Assembly: GCA_951406725.2 (NCBI GenBank)
Contig: OX597833.1
Coordinates: 15,438,001-15,502,000 of the forward strand
Length of the DNA stretch: 64,000 nt
Direction of reading: 5' to 3'
Source: Octopus vulgaris
Taxonomy: Eukaryota
Positions 1 to 13,069 of the stretch are shown piece after piece (position 1 is the first letter of the stretch; every line of letters starts with the position of its first letter). A program made the translations under genes and the position numbers. A model generated the notes under the pieces. It was not told the origin of the DNA, did no database searches, and saw nothing but the letters and a program-made list of their open reading frames with translations.

Positions 1-700
1 TATTGCATCGAATGTTGAGCGATTGCTTGGAAAAAGTATGGCGAATTGGAAACGGACTTGACAGCATACGGAAAACGTTTAGGGAAGTAGAAATTAGAAG
101 GGGCATCTTCCAAGGGGACTGCCAATCCCGATTTATCTTTGTACTGTGATTGATATCACTAGCACTGATTCTCAGGAATGCAAAATCTGGGTATGTATTC
201 AAAAGTAGCCAACAAAAGGTCAATCATTTGTTATTCATGGACGACTTCAAACTATATGGTAAAAATGAAGCCCAATCAGTTCCCTCGTTGATGTGGTGTA
301 TACCTTCAGTGCTGATATCAGAATGGAATTTGAACTGAGAAAGTGTGGTGTGTTAGTCTTGAAGAGAGGCAAAATTAAATGTATGGACGGGATAACGATA
401 CCGTTGGGGGAGGTTATGAAGCAGATAGAAGAGACGGGCTATGAGTACTTCTAAAGCTAGCAGTAATACCAATAATTGTCAGAGCCCTGGGAACAGTGAG
501 CAACAATCTTGAGAAGTACGTGAAACAAATAGGGGCTGCAGTAAGGGTGGGGCACTTGCAGAAAACAGCAGTGCTTGGAAAGACTCGAATAATCCGAGTG
601 GTACTCGAAAAATAAGGTGTGTTACCTTAGTTCACTCGTAGTGAAGAGCTGACACCGTAGAACGTCTCTAGCGTTAGAAGCTTTGCGAAGGCAATAATAA
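1..700 (+). mobile_element. R4/Dong-clade non-LTR retrotransposon relic: RT fragment joined by an internal deletion (~450) to the RLE C-terminus and 3' UTR
   Basis: Translation gives IRRGIFQGD...NHLLFMDDFKLYGK (R4/Dong-type RT motifs), then VIPIIVRALGTVS...LQKTAVLG. Ends in a TAA-like tail and is homologous to 9192-9835. Confidence 0.75.
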
Positions 701-744
701 TAACGATGATGATATTTTCTACTAAAGGCACAAGCCGTTTCTCA

Positions 745-1140
745 GAGTACCACACAGACTTTCGTCAGCTTTGAACTGTTCAGATATATGACAGGGGAGG
801 AGTGAGATCTGAGCTGTAGGTAGGATGTTCCAAAAACCAATTGGTAAATGGTTTCAACGGTCTAGGTGGCCATGATTGGGCGTGCATTTTCATGCAACAA
901 GAAAATCGTTCTTCGAAAATAGGCTTCGGTGTTTTGTGCGAATTGCTGGCTTCAATTTTGTTGGCCAGCAAAGCATTGTCTTGCATTGTTGATCGTCCAC
1001 CCCTTTTCCAGAGAAATCGGATCACCATTCTTTGTTCTTCATTGGTGCACATTGCTAGTGAAGCAGCCATGCTTATACTGTAAAGCCTGAAATAATGGCG
1101 CGCTCAAGCTAAAATTTCAATCATGTGACTACAATAGTAC
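745..1140 (-). mobile_element. Internally deleted mariner transposase relic
   Basis: ORF 780-1070 has a mariner-like N-terminus (CTNEEQRMVIRFLW) and EHPTYSSDLTP, a degenerate HPPYSPDLAP. Confidence 0.6.
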
Positions 1141-1961
1141 CAACTATAAATACGCATGCGCAGAAGACAATATAACAGTAATAAAGATGAGTTATGGTGA
1201 AAGAGCGGATAATGTTTGACATTGGACTTTCAAATACTCGGCATTCTTTACATAATAAGGTCGCATTACACGCATAGCAATTGTTGTTGTCTGTTAAAAT
1301 AAAATTAGAACGTCTTATACAACGGCAAATACAGTAAGAGTTGAAATTGCATTGCAAATAGAATAATATAATATAGCGATCAATATAGAATATTCCTGCA
1401 GGATGGAAGACGAAATTAATGTAAAATGCCAACAGTTACGAACGAATCTGAAGGAAATTTAAATAATATCTGAAACAGCTGTAATCTTACATAACGCCTC
1501 AACACAAAATTCATCACTATAATACTATGTTATTGTTCGCAAGTCATCCGTCAACGAAAGAATGGACTGCTAAGTTCTCATTTGTAATTTTCATTCTTTT
1601 TACGCAAATATAAAGGGGTGTTAGAAGGATCTTTACATGTGACATAAGTCTCTCAGTTAGCGAAAGTCCTTCACAAGCCAACTTTCCTAATGTAGTACAG
1701 CAATTATTTATGCATAACCTCGAGCGATTATGGTTATTTTACGTGGACATTCAAGGCATTTCTGTTTTATCCCGTAATCACTTGACAGCTTAGATATCAT
1801 AAAGAAAATATTAATATATTTTTGCTTCTTACATACAAGAGAATATTTAAGTCTAGTATTGATTGTGGCGTCTCATACTCATGTCATATCCAAAACGAAA
1901 TCGAATCAGGTTGGATAAAGCATATAGAGGTAGTTATAAAATGTACAAATACATAAATATA

Positions 1962-2353
1962 GGTGCAGGAGTGGCTGTGTGGTAAGTAGCTTGCTAACCA
2001 ACCACATGGTTCCGGGTTCAGTCCCACTGCGTGGCATCTTGGGCAAGTGTCTTCTGCTATAGCCCCGGGCCGACCAAAGCCTTGTGAGTGGATTTGGTAG
2101 ACGGAAACTGAAAGAAGCCTGTCGTATATATGTATATATATATATATATATATATGTATTTGTGTGTCTGTGTTTGTCCCCCTAGCATTGCTTGACAACC
2201 GATGCTGGTGTGTTTACGTCCCCGTCACCTAACGGTTCGGCAAAAGAGAACGATAGAATAAGTACTGGGCTTACAAAGAATAAGTCCCGGGGTCGATTTG
2301 CTCGACTAAAGGCGGTGCTCCAGCATGGCCGCAGTCAAATGACTGAAACAAGT

Positions 2354-2376
<23 letters not shown>
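1962..2376 (+). mobile_element. tRNA-derived SINE, family A (internal TA/TG microsatellite)
   Basis: A/B-box-like head (TGGCTGTGTGG...GGTTCAGTCCC), CORE-like CTTGGGCAAG, internal (TA)n and A tail. About 10 homologous copies occur in the window. Confidence 0.85.
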
Positions 2377-2384
<8 letters not shown>

Positions 2385-2619
2385 CAGAACATAATTCTAA
2401 TAGCGCAATAGAAGCCGCTCTATAGTAAAATATTTATCTGCGTAATGTATGAGCATGTGTTTCGTTGCAAAGAAAGTGTTTGTAGTATTTCGTTTTGGAA
2501 GAACACGTTTATATGGAAAATTTTACGGAGAGATACGTCCAGCTCTAACATTTCAGCTACACACATTCGTTAAGTACGTTACACAGAAATGAATTATAGA
2601 GATTGCAATTATTATCGTT

Positions 2620-2790
2620 ACTCGCAGCTTTGATCTCCTTCGGATGAAGATATGAAGAAAGCGGTGTATAAATTGTTGAACGATCAACCGAAAACCTTCT
2701 TCTTGGAAGGAATACGCAAGCTTACAGATCGCAGGACCAAGTGCATCGAAAAGAAAGGAGTCTATACAGAAAAAAAACGACGTACAGGTT
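2620..2790 (+). mobile_element. mariner transposase C-terminal fragment
   Basis: DEDMKKAVYKLLNDQPKTFFLEGIRKLTDRRTKCIEKKGVYTEK matches the typical mariner C-terminus. Confidence 0.65.
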
Positions 2791-2824
2791 TATCCCCTAA
2801 TTTTGTGCAAAAATTTGCTTTCTC

Positions 2825-3140
2825 ACTCAACGGTCGTGAGGTTGTCAGCTCGAATCCCGGACCGGGCTGCGTGTTGTGTTCTTGAGCAAAGCACTTTATT
2901 TCACGTTGCTCCAGTTCACTCAGCTGTAGAAATGAGTTGCGACGTCACTGGTGCCAAGCTGTATCGGCCCCTTTGCCTTTCCCTTGGATAACACTGGTGG
3001 CGTGGAGAGGGGAGGCTGGTATGTATGGGTGACTGCTGGTCTTCCATAAACAACCTCGCCCGGACCTGTGTCTAGGAGGGTAACTTTCTAGGTGCAATCC
3101 CATGTTCATTCATGACCGAAGGGGGTCTTTACCCTTTTTA
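2825..3140 (+). mobile_element. tRNA-derived SINE, 5'-truncated, with a family-B-like body and a different 3' part
   Basis: B-box-like TCGAATCCC followed by GTGTTCTTGAGCAAAGCACTT...CCAGTTCACTCAGCTG, shared with family B. Confidence 0.6.
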
Positions 3141-3323
3141 CATTAGCAAGGGTGCATTTTATACACCAGAAGATACGGTTATCTGTATCTAATACGGTTT
3201 ACTGTGTCTCTTGTGTACAAATGTTTGCTAAGTGAACTTCATGCTTACACTGTTTATATTCAATAATTGCTGGAATACACGACGAATACAGCAATATTAC
3301 TTGATACGGAAGATTTTTGGCTA

Positions 3324-3547
3324 TACTCTTACTCTTTTTACTCTTTTACTTGTTTCAGTCATTTGACTGCGGCCATGCTGGAGCACCGCCTTTAGTCGAG
3401 CAAATCAACCCCGGGACTTATTCTTTGTAAGCCCAGTACTTATTCTATCGGTCTCTTTTGCCGAACCGGTAAATGACGGGGACGTAAACACACCTGCATC
3501 GGTTGTCAAGCAATGCTAGGGGGACAAACACAGACACACAAACACAC

Positions 3548-3578
<31 letters not shown>

Positions 3579-3753
3579 CATACATACAAACGACAGGCGT
3601 CTTTCAGTTTCCGTCTACCAAATCCACTCACAAGGCATCGGTCGGCCCGGGGCTATAGCAGAAGACACTTGCCCAAGATGCCACGCAGTGGGACTGAACT
3701 AGGAACCATGTGGTTGGTTAGCAAGCTACTTACCACACAGCCACTCCTGCGCC
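3324..3753 (-). mobile_element. SINE family A, full length
   Basis: Reverse complement of 1962-2376 with an (AGTAAAAG)n-type tail. Confidence 0.85.
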
Positions 3754-4276
3754 TGATTGTTTATATAACGAAATTTTGTACTGGATTAGGTTTCCTCTTG
3801 TAGTTTGAAGTACTCTTGGGCGAAACTGGATTACATTTTGATACACGTGTACGTAATATAATTACTGATTTATATCTTAAAGAGGTTGCGTGAATATAAT
3901 GCTAGTAGAGACAGAACGACGAGAAACTTCAGCGTTCTTAGCTATGATTAAACTGTCAACGATTTGCACATTTCGTGAAATCTGATATGATTCATTTTCG
4001 GGAGATGTCTAAGATGCTCACATCTGAAGTTTCATAATCACTTTTCAATCATCGCTGTGCAGATGGACACTAATTTAATAGAACCTAGTTTCTTGAATAC
4101 TGAAGGGAAACAGACCCAGTTGGTCAGCATCAGTGTCTTACACAAAGTCAAAGTATATCTGTCCACATGTCATTCTTCAAAATGGATTCTCAAGAACAAA
4201 AATGACGAGAAGCAGATCTGTTTGTAGTTTTCGATTCTTTCGAATTTTTTTTTTTAAGGAATTAGATGATATCGTA

Positions 4277-4786
4277 GTGGAGGCGCGTGGTTTAGTGGTT
4301 AGGGTGTCAGCACCATGATCGTAAGATTGTGGTTTCGATTCCTGGACCGGGGGGCGCGCTGTGTTCTTGAGCAAAACACTTCATTTCACGTTGCTCCGGT
4401 CCACTCAGCTGGCAAAAAATGAGTAACGCTGCGATGGACTGGCGTCCTGACCAGCTGGGGAACACATACGCCATTGAAACTGGGAAACCGGGCCCACGAG
4501 CCTGGCTAGGCTTTAAAAGGGTGAAGCGGAGGCGCGTGGCTTAGTGGTTTGGGTGTCAGTAGCATCAGATTGTGGTTTCGATTCCTGGACCGGGCGACGC
4601 GTTGTGTTCTTGAGCAAAACACTTCATTTCATGTTGCTCCAGTCCACTCAGCTGGCAAAAATGAGTAACGCTGCGATGGACTTGCGTCGCGTCCAGCGGG
4701 GGAACACATACGCCATAGAAACCGGGAGACCGGGCCCATGAGCCTGGGTAGGCTTTAAAAAGGATGCATTTATTATTTATTTATTT

Positions 4787-4836
<50 letters not shown>

Positions 4837-5100
4837 TGGAGGCGCGTGGCTTAGTGGTAAGGGTGTCAGCACCATGATCGTAAGATTGTAGTTTCGATTC
4901 CTGGACCGGGCGACGCGTTGTGTTCTTGAGCAAAACACTTCATTTCACGTTGCTCCAGTCCATTCAGCTGGCAAAAATTAGTAACGCTGCGATGGACTGG
5001 CGTCCCGTCCAGCAGGGTAACACATACGCCATAGAAAAACCGGGAAACCGGGCCCAGGAGTCTGGATAGGCTTTAAAAGGGCGCATTTATTTATTTATTT
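4277..5100 (+). mobile_element. Three tandem SINE family B copies inside one 16-bp direct repeat
   Basis: Units at ~4277, ~4528 and ~4837 each begin GGAGGCGCGTGG(C/T)TTAGTGG and carry GTTTCGATTCC. Flanks are ATTAGATGATATCGTA (4261-4276) and ATTAAATGATATCGTA (5101-5116). Confidence 0.85.
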
Positions 5101-5833
5101 ATTAAATGATATCGTATAACGCATAATTTTCGTAATTTTTGAACAAAACGAAATTTGATGCCTTGTTTTTCCCTACATTAACACTGATGCAATGGCTATA
5201 TATTTGTATATAAGTGAGTATATACTGTTCAAATATATTGAAGAGTCATTTTAAAATATTATGCTTTTGAAAAACACTTATATCTAATGTAGTTTGTAGT
5301 TTGTCAAGAACGTTCTATGTTTCAATTTGCTATTCTTGTATGTGGTAATATCAGAAACTTGTAAGAATGTAAGAGTTTATCATGTAAAGACATTAGGTTT
5401 TGTAAGTACGTTCTTCATATTGGTAAGTATTTGTTGTTTGTCATCAAATATATGTTTTAAGAAATTCCATTTCTTTTATTGATCTGGTGGTATTTACGAC
5501 GTGAGATAACTGTTGTTGTTATTGTCGGTGCTGCTCCTGCTGTCTGGAAAGAGTTCAACCACATTCCAGCAGATCTAGGATAAAAAAAAAGATCATGCTA
5601 AGTATGGCTGGCCATCTTTGTAAGACATATATAGGGTTGTGACATACAGTGTGTGAATGTCTTTAAAACGTCATGGCCTACCAACTAAATCTTTGAACTA
5701 TATATATATATATATATAAATATGAAAAATACAGTGTACAGTTAAACACATAAGAGATGACCATAATAGGACATCTGACTCACTAGAAAGAGCAGTTAAA
5801 CTCTAAACCACTAATAGTTGTAATCTGAAAGGG

Positions 5834-6134
<301 letters not shown>

Positions 6135-6513
6135 GTATGGACATGCACGCATACACATTCACCGTGAGTATATTTACACCTTTACTTTTTACACTTATAG
6201 CTTATTTTTTACACTTTTTTACACATTTTTCTGTATTTCGCCTTTAGCCCTGTTTTTTCTTGTGCATTTGAGTATATAGATGTGTGTATGAACCTTCTTT
6301 GTGCGCGCGCGTGTGTGCGAGCGTGTATGCAGATATGTATACATTCTTTGGCTAATATGTGGCAAGCATATGTGAGAGTGGATGCGTATATACATATATG
6401 CACATGAACGCGGGTATGCGGGCGCACATGTGTATGTATGGTCATGCGCGCTTAGGCGATTGCTATGAACTTTTTTTACCCCCTTACCTTTACTCACTCC
6501 CCTTACTTAGCCA

Positions 6514-6573
<60 letters not shown>

Positions 6574-7212
6574 AATTTACCAAAGTTTTCCCTTGGGTAC
6601 ATAAGGCAAAGATGAAGACTGCTACGTTATCGAGCCATTTCTAAAGCCTAAAAGACGCAGAAAATAAACTATAGAGAGTCGATTCTATGCTAAAGTCACA
6701 ACGTTCTGGTCCAAGGAAACGAAACGCAGTCGTTGTACCGGAAAATTACTACGTATTCCTCTTTGCCAATACAGGATTTGTACACACTATACATTAGAAA
6801 ATAACAGACCTCAGGCTGTTCATTTAACTATCACATGACAATCGAGCGTTGAATTTGTAATAATACGAGGACTGCATCACAGATATTACACACCCTTACA
6901 TAAGCAATAAACATTACAGATAATATGACATAAAATGTTCAAATACAGACACTTTCACTGTAACAAAAACCATCACGGCAAAATTAATAAATTTCCAAAT
7001 TTTTCAATACAAGAAATATTGCAATAAGTAAACTTAGTGCATATGTCTAATGTTAATATAGAGTCATTGGACGTAGAATAACTACCGTCACTGTATCTCA
7101 CATGGTTTTATACAATCGTAACCGAACGGAACCACGTGGGTGAATCAGATTCTCGTTACTAAAACGACATTATCTTCCTATCAAATAGGTTTCTATACTA
7201 TTTTAAAAAATT

Positions 7213-7310
7213 CTTTTATTCTTTTACTTATTACAGTTACCTGACTGTGGCAATGCTGGAGCATCGCCTTGAAGGCTTTTAGTCGAACACAGACACACAG
7301 ACACCCACAC
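7213..7310 (-). mobile_element. SINE family A 3' fragment
   Basis: GACTGTGGCAATGCTGGAGCATCGCCTT matches the family A tail. Confidence 0.6.
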
Positions 7311-7316
7311 ACTCTG

Positions 7317-7387
<71 letters not shown>

Positions 7388-7558
7388 AGGAACCGAGTTA
7401 GTAAAAGTTTTTATTTTCATTTCACTAAATTTATCAAGCTTCTGTGTATCTAGTACATACTTCGCCCTTTAATGCACTTATATATGAATAATATATGGCC
7501 TGTGCTAGAAACACCAGCGATAATAATTAATTTTATTTTATCGCATTCTGACTTTGTT

Positions 7559-7633
<75 letters not shown>

Positions 7634-7689
7634 ACAGACAGACACATAGATATATTTATAGACAGACAGACAGAGAGACAGACATACAT

Positions 7690-7877
7690 ATTTATAGACA
7701 GACAGACAAATATACGACGGGTTTCTTTCAGTTTCCGTCTAACAAATCCATACACAGGTCTTTGGTCGGCCAGAGGCTATACTAGAAGACACTCACCCAA
7801 GATGAAAGGCAGTGCGATTGAACCATGAATCATACAGTTGGTAGGCAAGCTTCTTACCACACAGCCACGCTGGCGCC
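7690..7877 (-). mobile_element. SINE family A 5' half, degenerate
   Basis: TTCTTTCAGTTTCCGTCT...CTTACCACACAGCCAC matches family A. Confidence 0.7.
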
Positions 7878-8301
7878 TATACTACATCTAATATCACTTC
7901 ACATCCTCATCGACACCTATTTTCACCTTCACTATAACATACATTGGAGGCACAATTAGAACCGTTATCTATATCACCAACGGAGCAACCGTACCCATCA
8001 TCTAATAATAAGTCTATAAGTCTCATACCTTTATCATGACATTAATTATATCAATGTTTTAAAAAATGCTTTTACCGGTAGATTGTCATAACCGTTTATC
8101 ATTATTGTTTGCATTTTAATATCACAAGTGATTTTTTTCACTACAAATTGTGGTGAATACTTTGCTGATAATTGCTGTTATTCTTGTCATTATCAATATT
8201 ACTATAATTATTGCCATAACATTTAATATGATGATTGTTAATATTTATTACGATTACTAGTATTTTGTAATATTATTATTATCATTATCATTATCATTAT
8301 G

Positions 8302-8355
<54 letters not shown>

Positions 8356-8371
8356 CAGCAAATATAATGAT

Positions 8372-8755
8372 CGTGAAATAGAAATTTGCAAAATTTGGAG
8401 CCTGAAAACTAAAACAATACCTGTTGTTAAAGGTGCCCTGGGAATGATAGCAAAATGGGCTGATTGCTACCTAGCTCAGATACCAGGAAACGCCAAAATG
8501 GCAGAAATTCAAAAGATAGTGCTAAAGGGAACTGTTCATATCCTACGCAAAATACTCTCTATGTAATCACAAGTTTTAAAACAAACATAATTTTCTTATG
8601 GTTTCTTAAGCATTCTCTAGAACATTATTTTCAAAACTAAATTTATGGCACCCTAGGCATAACACCAACATGAATTTCTAACTTGTTGTCTCTTGCGGTC
8701 TCTGGGTGAGCCTTGGAGTCAACTTGTACAAATGTAAAGCAAAAGTCAAACATAA
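8372..8755 (+). mobile_element. R4/Dong-clade LINE 3' fragment between (TAA)n tracts
   Basis: EIEICKIWSLKTKTIPVVKGALGMI...IQKIVLKGTVHILRKIL is the RLE C-terminus. Flanked by (TAA)n. Confidence 0.7.
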
Positions 8756-8756
8756 G

Positions 8757-8810
<54 letters not shown>

Positions 8811-8813
<3 letters not shown>

Positions 8814-9140
8814 GAAATGGAGAAACTTTCAAAATACAAAGACCTGGAAATGGAGGTAACCAGAATGTGGAATCTAAAAACAGAAACAATTCCTATCATA
8901 GTAGGTGCATTAGGCATGATAAAAAAATATTCAGACAAATACATAACAAAAACACCAGGACTTACAAACACATATAACATACAGAAAATTGCACTACTAG
9001 GCACTGCACACATCCTACGCAGAACACTTTCAATACAGTGACCATCAGAGCATCACAACAAATCACAGCACATACCCAAGGCACACAGAGCTGCGTTCGG
9101 TAGTGAAGTGAAAGCACGCTATAAAAAGTAAAACTACTGA
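8811..9140 (+). mobile_element. R4/Dong-clade LINE 3' fragment between (TAA)n tracts (second subfamily)
   Basis: EKLSKYKDLEMEVTRMWNLKTETIPIIVGALGMI...IQKIALLGTAHILRRTL, stop at 9041, then a 3' UTR and TAA/TAC repeats. Confidence 0.8.
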
Positions 9141-9191
9141 ATAATACTACTACTACTACTACTACTACTACTAATAATAATAATAATAATA

Positions 9192-9835
9192 GGCAAAATC
9201 AAATGTATGGAGAGACTAACGATAACGTCGGGGGAGGTTATGAAACAAATAGAAGAGACGGGCTATAAGTACTTAGGGATTTGGGAAATGGATAAATTGA
9301 TGGAGAAAGAAATGACAGAAAAAATTAAGTTGGAGTACTTGCCACAGAACCGCTCTTATTAGAAGTATGGATGTCAGGCTTGTGTAGGATGAAAGATTGC
9401 AAAGATAAAGAACTATACGAGAACTATATGCACTTTTGAGAATAGGAAGCCAGACATAGTCTTAATTGAGAAAGAAAACAAACTATGCGGGATCATAGAT
9501 ATAGCATGCCCAGCTGACAACAAGGTATGCGATAAGGAAGAAAAAAAAGTCGATATATATGACAGGTTAGCTTGGGAAGCTAAGAAATTGTGGTCGATGA
9601 AAAAGGTAGCGGTAGTACCAATAATTGTTGGATCCCTGGGAGCAGTGAGCAAAAATATAAAGTACGTGGAACAAATAGGGGCTGCAATAAGGGTGGAGCA
9701 CATGCAGAAAACAGCACTGCTTGGAACCGCTCGAAAAGGAAGGTGATCGAAAAAATAAGGTGTGTTACCTTAGTTCATTCGTAGGGAACAGCTGACACCG
9801 GAGTACATCTCCAGCGTTAGAAGCTGTGCAAAGGC
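9192..9835 (+). mobile_element. R4/Dong-clade LINE, internally deleted, with RLE domain
   Basis: NRKPDIVLIEKENKLCGIIDIACPADNKV (PD...D restriction-like endonuclease), then VPIIVGSLGAVS...MQKTALLGTAR. Same 3' UTR as 613-690. Confidence 0.8.
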
Positions 9836-9935
9836 AATAAATAACAACAATAATAATAATAAGCAACAATAATTTTTGGGCTATCAGTAATGCATTAATT
9901 CGAACTGTTTTATATATATATATATATATATATAT

Positions 9936-10172
9936 GTGCCCTTTTCAAGCCTAGCCAGGCTCATGGGCCAGGTTTCTATGGCGTATGTGTTCCCCGGTTT
10001 ACGGGACGTTAGTCCATCGCATTGTTACTCATTTGTGCCAACTGAGTGGACTGGAGAACGTGAAATGAAGTGTTTTGGTCAAGAACACAACGCGTCGCCC
10101 GGCTCAGGAATCGAAACCACAATCTTACGATCATGGTGCTGACACCCTAATCACTAAGCCACGCGCCTCCAC
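9936..10172 (-). mobile_element. SINE family B
   Basis: Reverse complement of the 4277 unit (CACTAAGCCACGCGCCTCCAC). Confidence 0.8.
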
Positions 10173-10277
10173 GTTTATATATTATGAAACTGCATGCATA
10201 TCGCTTTATTAACTTTCCAAAGAGTGTAGCATACTGAGATGTCAAGGAGCGCTGAGATTCAAGTACTTAACTCTAAT

Positions 10278-10315
<38 letters not shown>

Positions 10316-10787
10316 CGCATCAGCATATGTATGTGTGTGTATGCATTCGTCTGTTCATGTGCGAGTGTATATGTGTGTGTTGGTGGGAGTAAAGGTGCGC
10401 GTGTAAGTGAATGCTTAGATAATTATTTGAAACTTTCGAAATCATGACCACTTATATAATGCATGGAGATGATGCACTTATAACGTTAAATAAAAGTTTT
10501 TCAATGGTGTTATACTTATTTGTACAAGTAGCAGAAATAAGTTGAAATGACGATGCACAAGTGTCTGAACTTAGAGGCACTCAATGAATTGTCGATGAAA
10601 CTTGGATGCTGTACAGATGATTATGAATAATGTTTGAAGTATGAAAAAAATTCACATTGCCTCCATATTGATATGTTCGAGGACTTTCGTTAGTTTCGTG
10701 GAAGTGAATTGAGACAACATTTCTACTAAAGCTGAATTTACTATTATGCGTCTGCAACAGATGTGTAAATATACACACATGCTTATG

Positions 10788-10825
<38 letters not shown>

Positions 10826-11085
10826 GAGGGTACTACTATTCATAGATACCGCACGCTAGGAGGGGCCCTTGAGGTCAAAACTACTAAAATAAACAAATTG
10901 TACCGAATGCAAAACTTCATAGCAAGTCACTTAGAAAAAAAAAATTTAGTTACATATCACCTGTGATTTCGCAATTAATGCAGAATATGCATTCTATGCT
11001 CATCAGTGCAACAAACTCAAGACATATAAGAAAAAACATAACTACTGATAATTTGTTATAAAAATTTTATCCTCAATTTTAGATT

Positions 11086-11121
<36 letters not shown>

Positions 11122-11140
11122 ATGTGACAATTATTCGGTA

Positions 11141-11210
11141 GCCATGATAAAACTCCGAGTTTCGGATGTCGGGGCGGAAACCCAAGCCGCTATCTCTTCA
11201 GTTATCCGGC
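11141..11210 (-). ncRNA. Type I hammerhead ribozyme motif (minimal stem III, imperfect stem II)
   Basis: Minus strand reads GATAA CTGAAGA gat...atcc GAAA CTC G GAG TT | TTATC. Stem I is GATAA/TTATC, the core is canonical, and the cleavage triplet is GUU. Confidence 0.6.
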
Positions 11211-11220
11211 CATCTAGTAA

Positions 11221-11843
11221 TTATATAGTTTATTATTCCTTATGGAAGGAAACACTGATTTGGTTAAGATTTTTTTACAGATCTATATTTAAGCATTTTA
11301 AGAAATATAATAAAATAATTAATAATAAAATAAGTTTTCCATCATTTAGAACTTTGTTTCGGAGTATTTCTTCATTTAATAATAAAGGATTAGACAGATT
11401 ACAATGATAGAAATAATAATCCTATTAACGAATTATCTATCTAGAACTTGTTGTTGCAAATTGACAGATAAACGTTGTATTAATAAGTTGTGTTTGCAAA
11501 ATGATATTGTATATAGAGGTAGGGCTAAACAGGAAAAGAAAAAGATTATTGCTACATTGGATAAATGGAACATTATATTTAAAATGGAATCGCAAACCAC
11601 GAGTATACTTTTAGGAATGGGGATAGTTTTAACAGTATTTGTTTGAGTCAGCCCATTTGGAAATTAAACATTGATTGGAAAACACCTAGTCTTGCTTGGT
11701 CGTACAAAAACAATGTTGCTAGATGTAACCTATGTGTAGATGAATTATATCGGATCTTAACATCTAAGAAGAAATTATTTAATGAAAGTCGCGAGCGCTT
11801 TGCGCATTCTATCATAGACAGACTATTTGAAATATACGCTTAG
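11221..11843 (+). pseudogene. Degenerate Penelope-like element C-terminus (linker + GIY-YIG endonuclease)
   Basis: Frameshifted peptides IFKHFKKYNKIINNKISF...ISSFNNK, TCCC...CINKLCLQNDIVYR...YIG and IWKLNIDWK...RCNLCVDE...LFNESRE resemble PLE endonuclease regions. Confidence 0.6.
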
Positions 11844-11881
11844 AAAATATTAAGTGCGTATATATATGTACATGTATGTCT

Positions 11882-11999
<118 letters not shown>

Positions 12000-13069
12000 T
12001 TTGTATTTCTACATAATGCTGTATACCTGTCTTTATGTATATTTATATATCTACACGTATATGCAATTTATAGATTATATAATATATATATATATGTATG
12101 AGTATGTGCATCTATGTATGTGTATATGTTTATATATGTATGCTTATATATGTATGTTTGTGTATCTATGTATATATACTGGTATATATGTATACATGCA
12201 TGTGCATGTACATATATTTATATATGTACTAGCTGAATTGCCCGGCGTTGCTCGGGGCTGAATTGCTTGAAAGTACTGTTAATGATTGCACTGAATTATG
12301 ATGATTATTCAGGCAAATATTGATATAAGTTCACGGCGAATGAATGTATTTGTAAGTGTATAGAAAGCCATGTAAAGGTGTTCCTACCCCCTCGTAGAAT
12401 GGTGTAAGAATTGAATGTGAGGTTGCCTTGAAATGAGCCATGTTATTGTTCTCATAATTGTAAGAATTTGATAGTCGTGGAAGGCGATGTAAAACGTTCG
12501 CAGGTGAATAGGGTCTCTTCGTTTTGCACGAACGGCAGCGGATGTGCTGTTACAAAACTTGATGCTGTGTTAAAAGAGAGTGGATTTCATATGTAGGCAA
12601 GAGAGGAATGAAGCATGGGTAAGTAAATATGTGTAATTTATAAAATATAGAACAATAGCATCTACTCACCATATGTCAGACCGGCAAGACTGTAGTGGTG
12701 GTGATTAGGTGAATCACAATACAGTGGTGGAGATGTTTTCATTGATGGGCGTTTTGATTAAATTTGTTGTTGTATAAAATGATCTGTTGATTAGTTTCGA
12801 AAGTGTATGTTGCGATCGTGTTGTCGCTCATGTAAACTTTAACAATGAGAGTGTAGATGTAGGGGGTAGATGTGTCATGTACGTTGGATATAGAAGATGA
12901 GGCTGGTGGTTTGATGATGAATGGATAGAAATAGAGTTGAGCGAAGGACAGGTGTTGGTTAAGTGTGAATTAATGTAATGAAACGCCTAGAAATGTAAAT
13001 GCCGTCATAAAAGAGAGTCGTATGTAAGTGAAATACTAACGTGTTTGAAAATGATGAAACGTAGTAATC

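Noticed and set aside
735-775. CTGACGA...GAAA on the minus strand
   Set aside because: No stem II or stem I pairing. It lies at the edge of the mariner relic.
6698-6740. ACAAC...GAAACGCAGTC GTTGT resembling a hammerhead 3' half
   Set aside because: No CUGANGA-like core between the stem I strand and stem II, so it cannot be supported.
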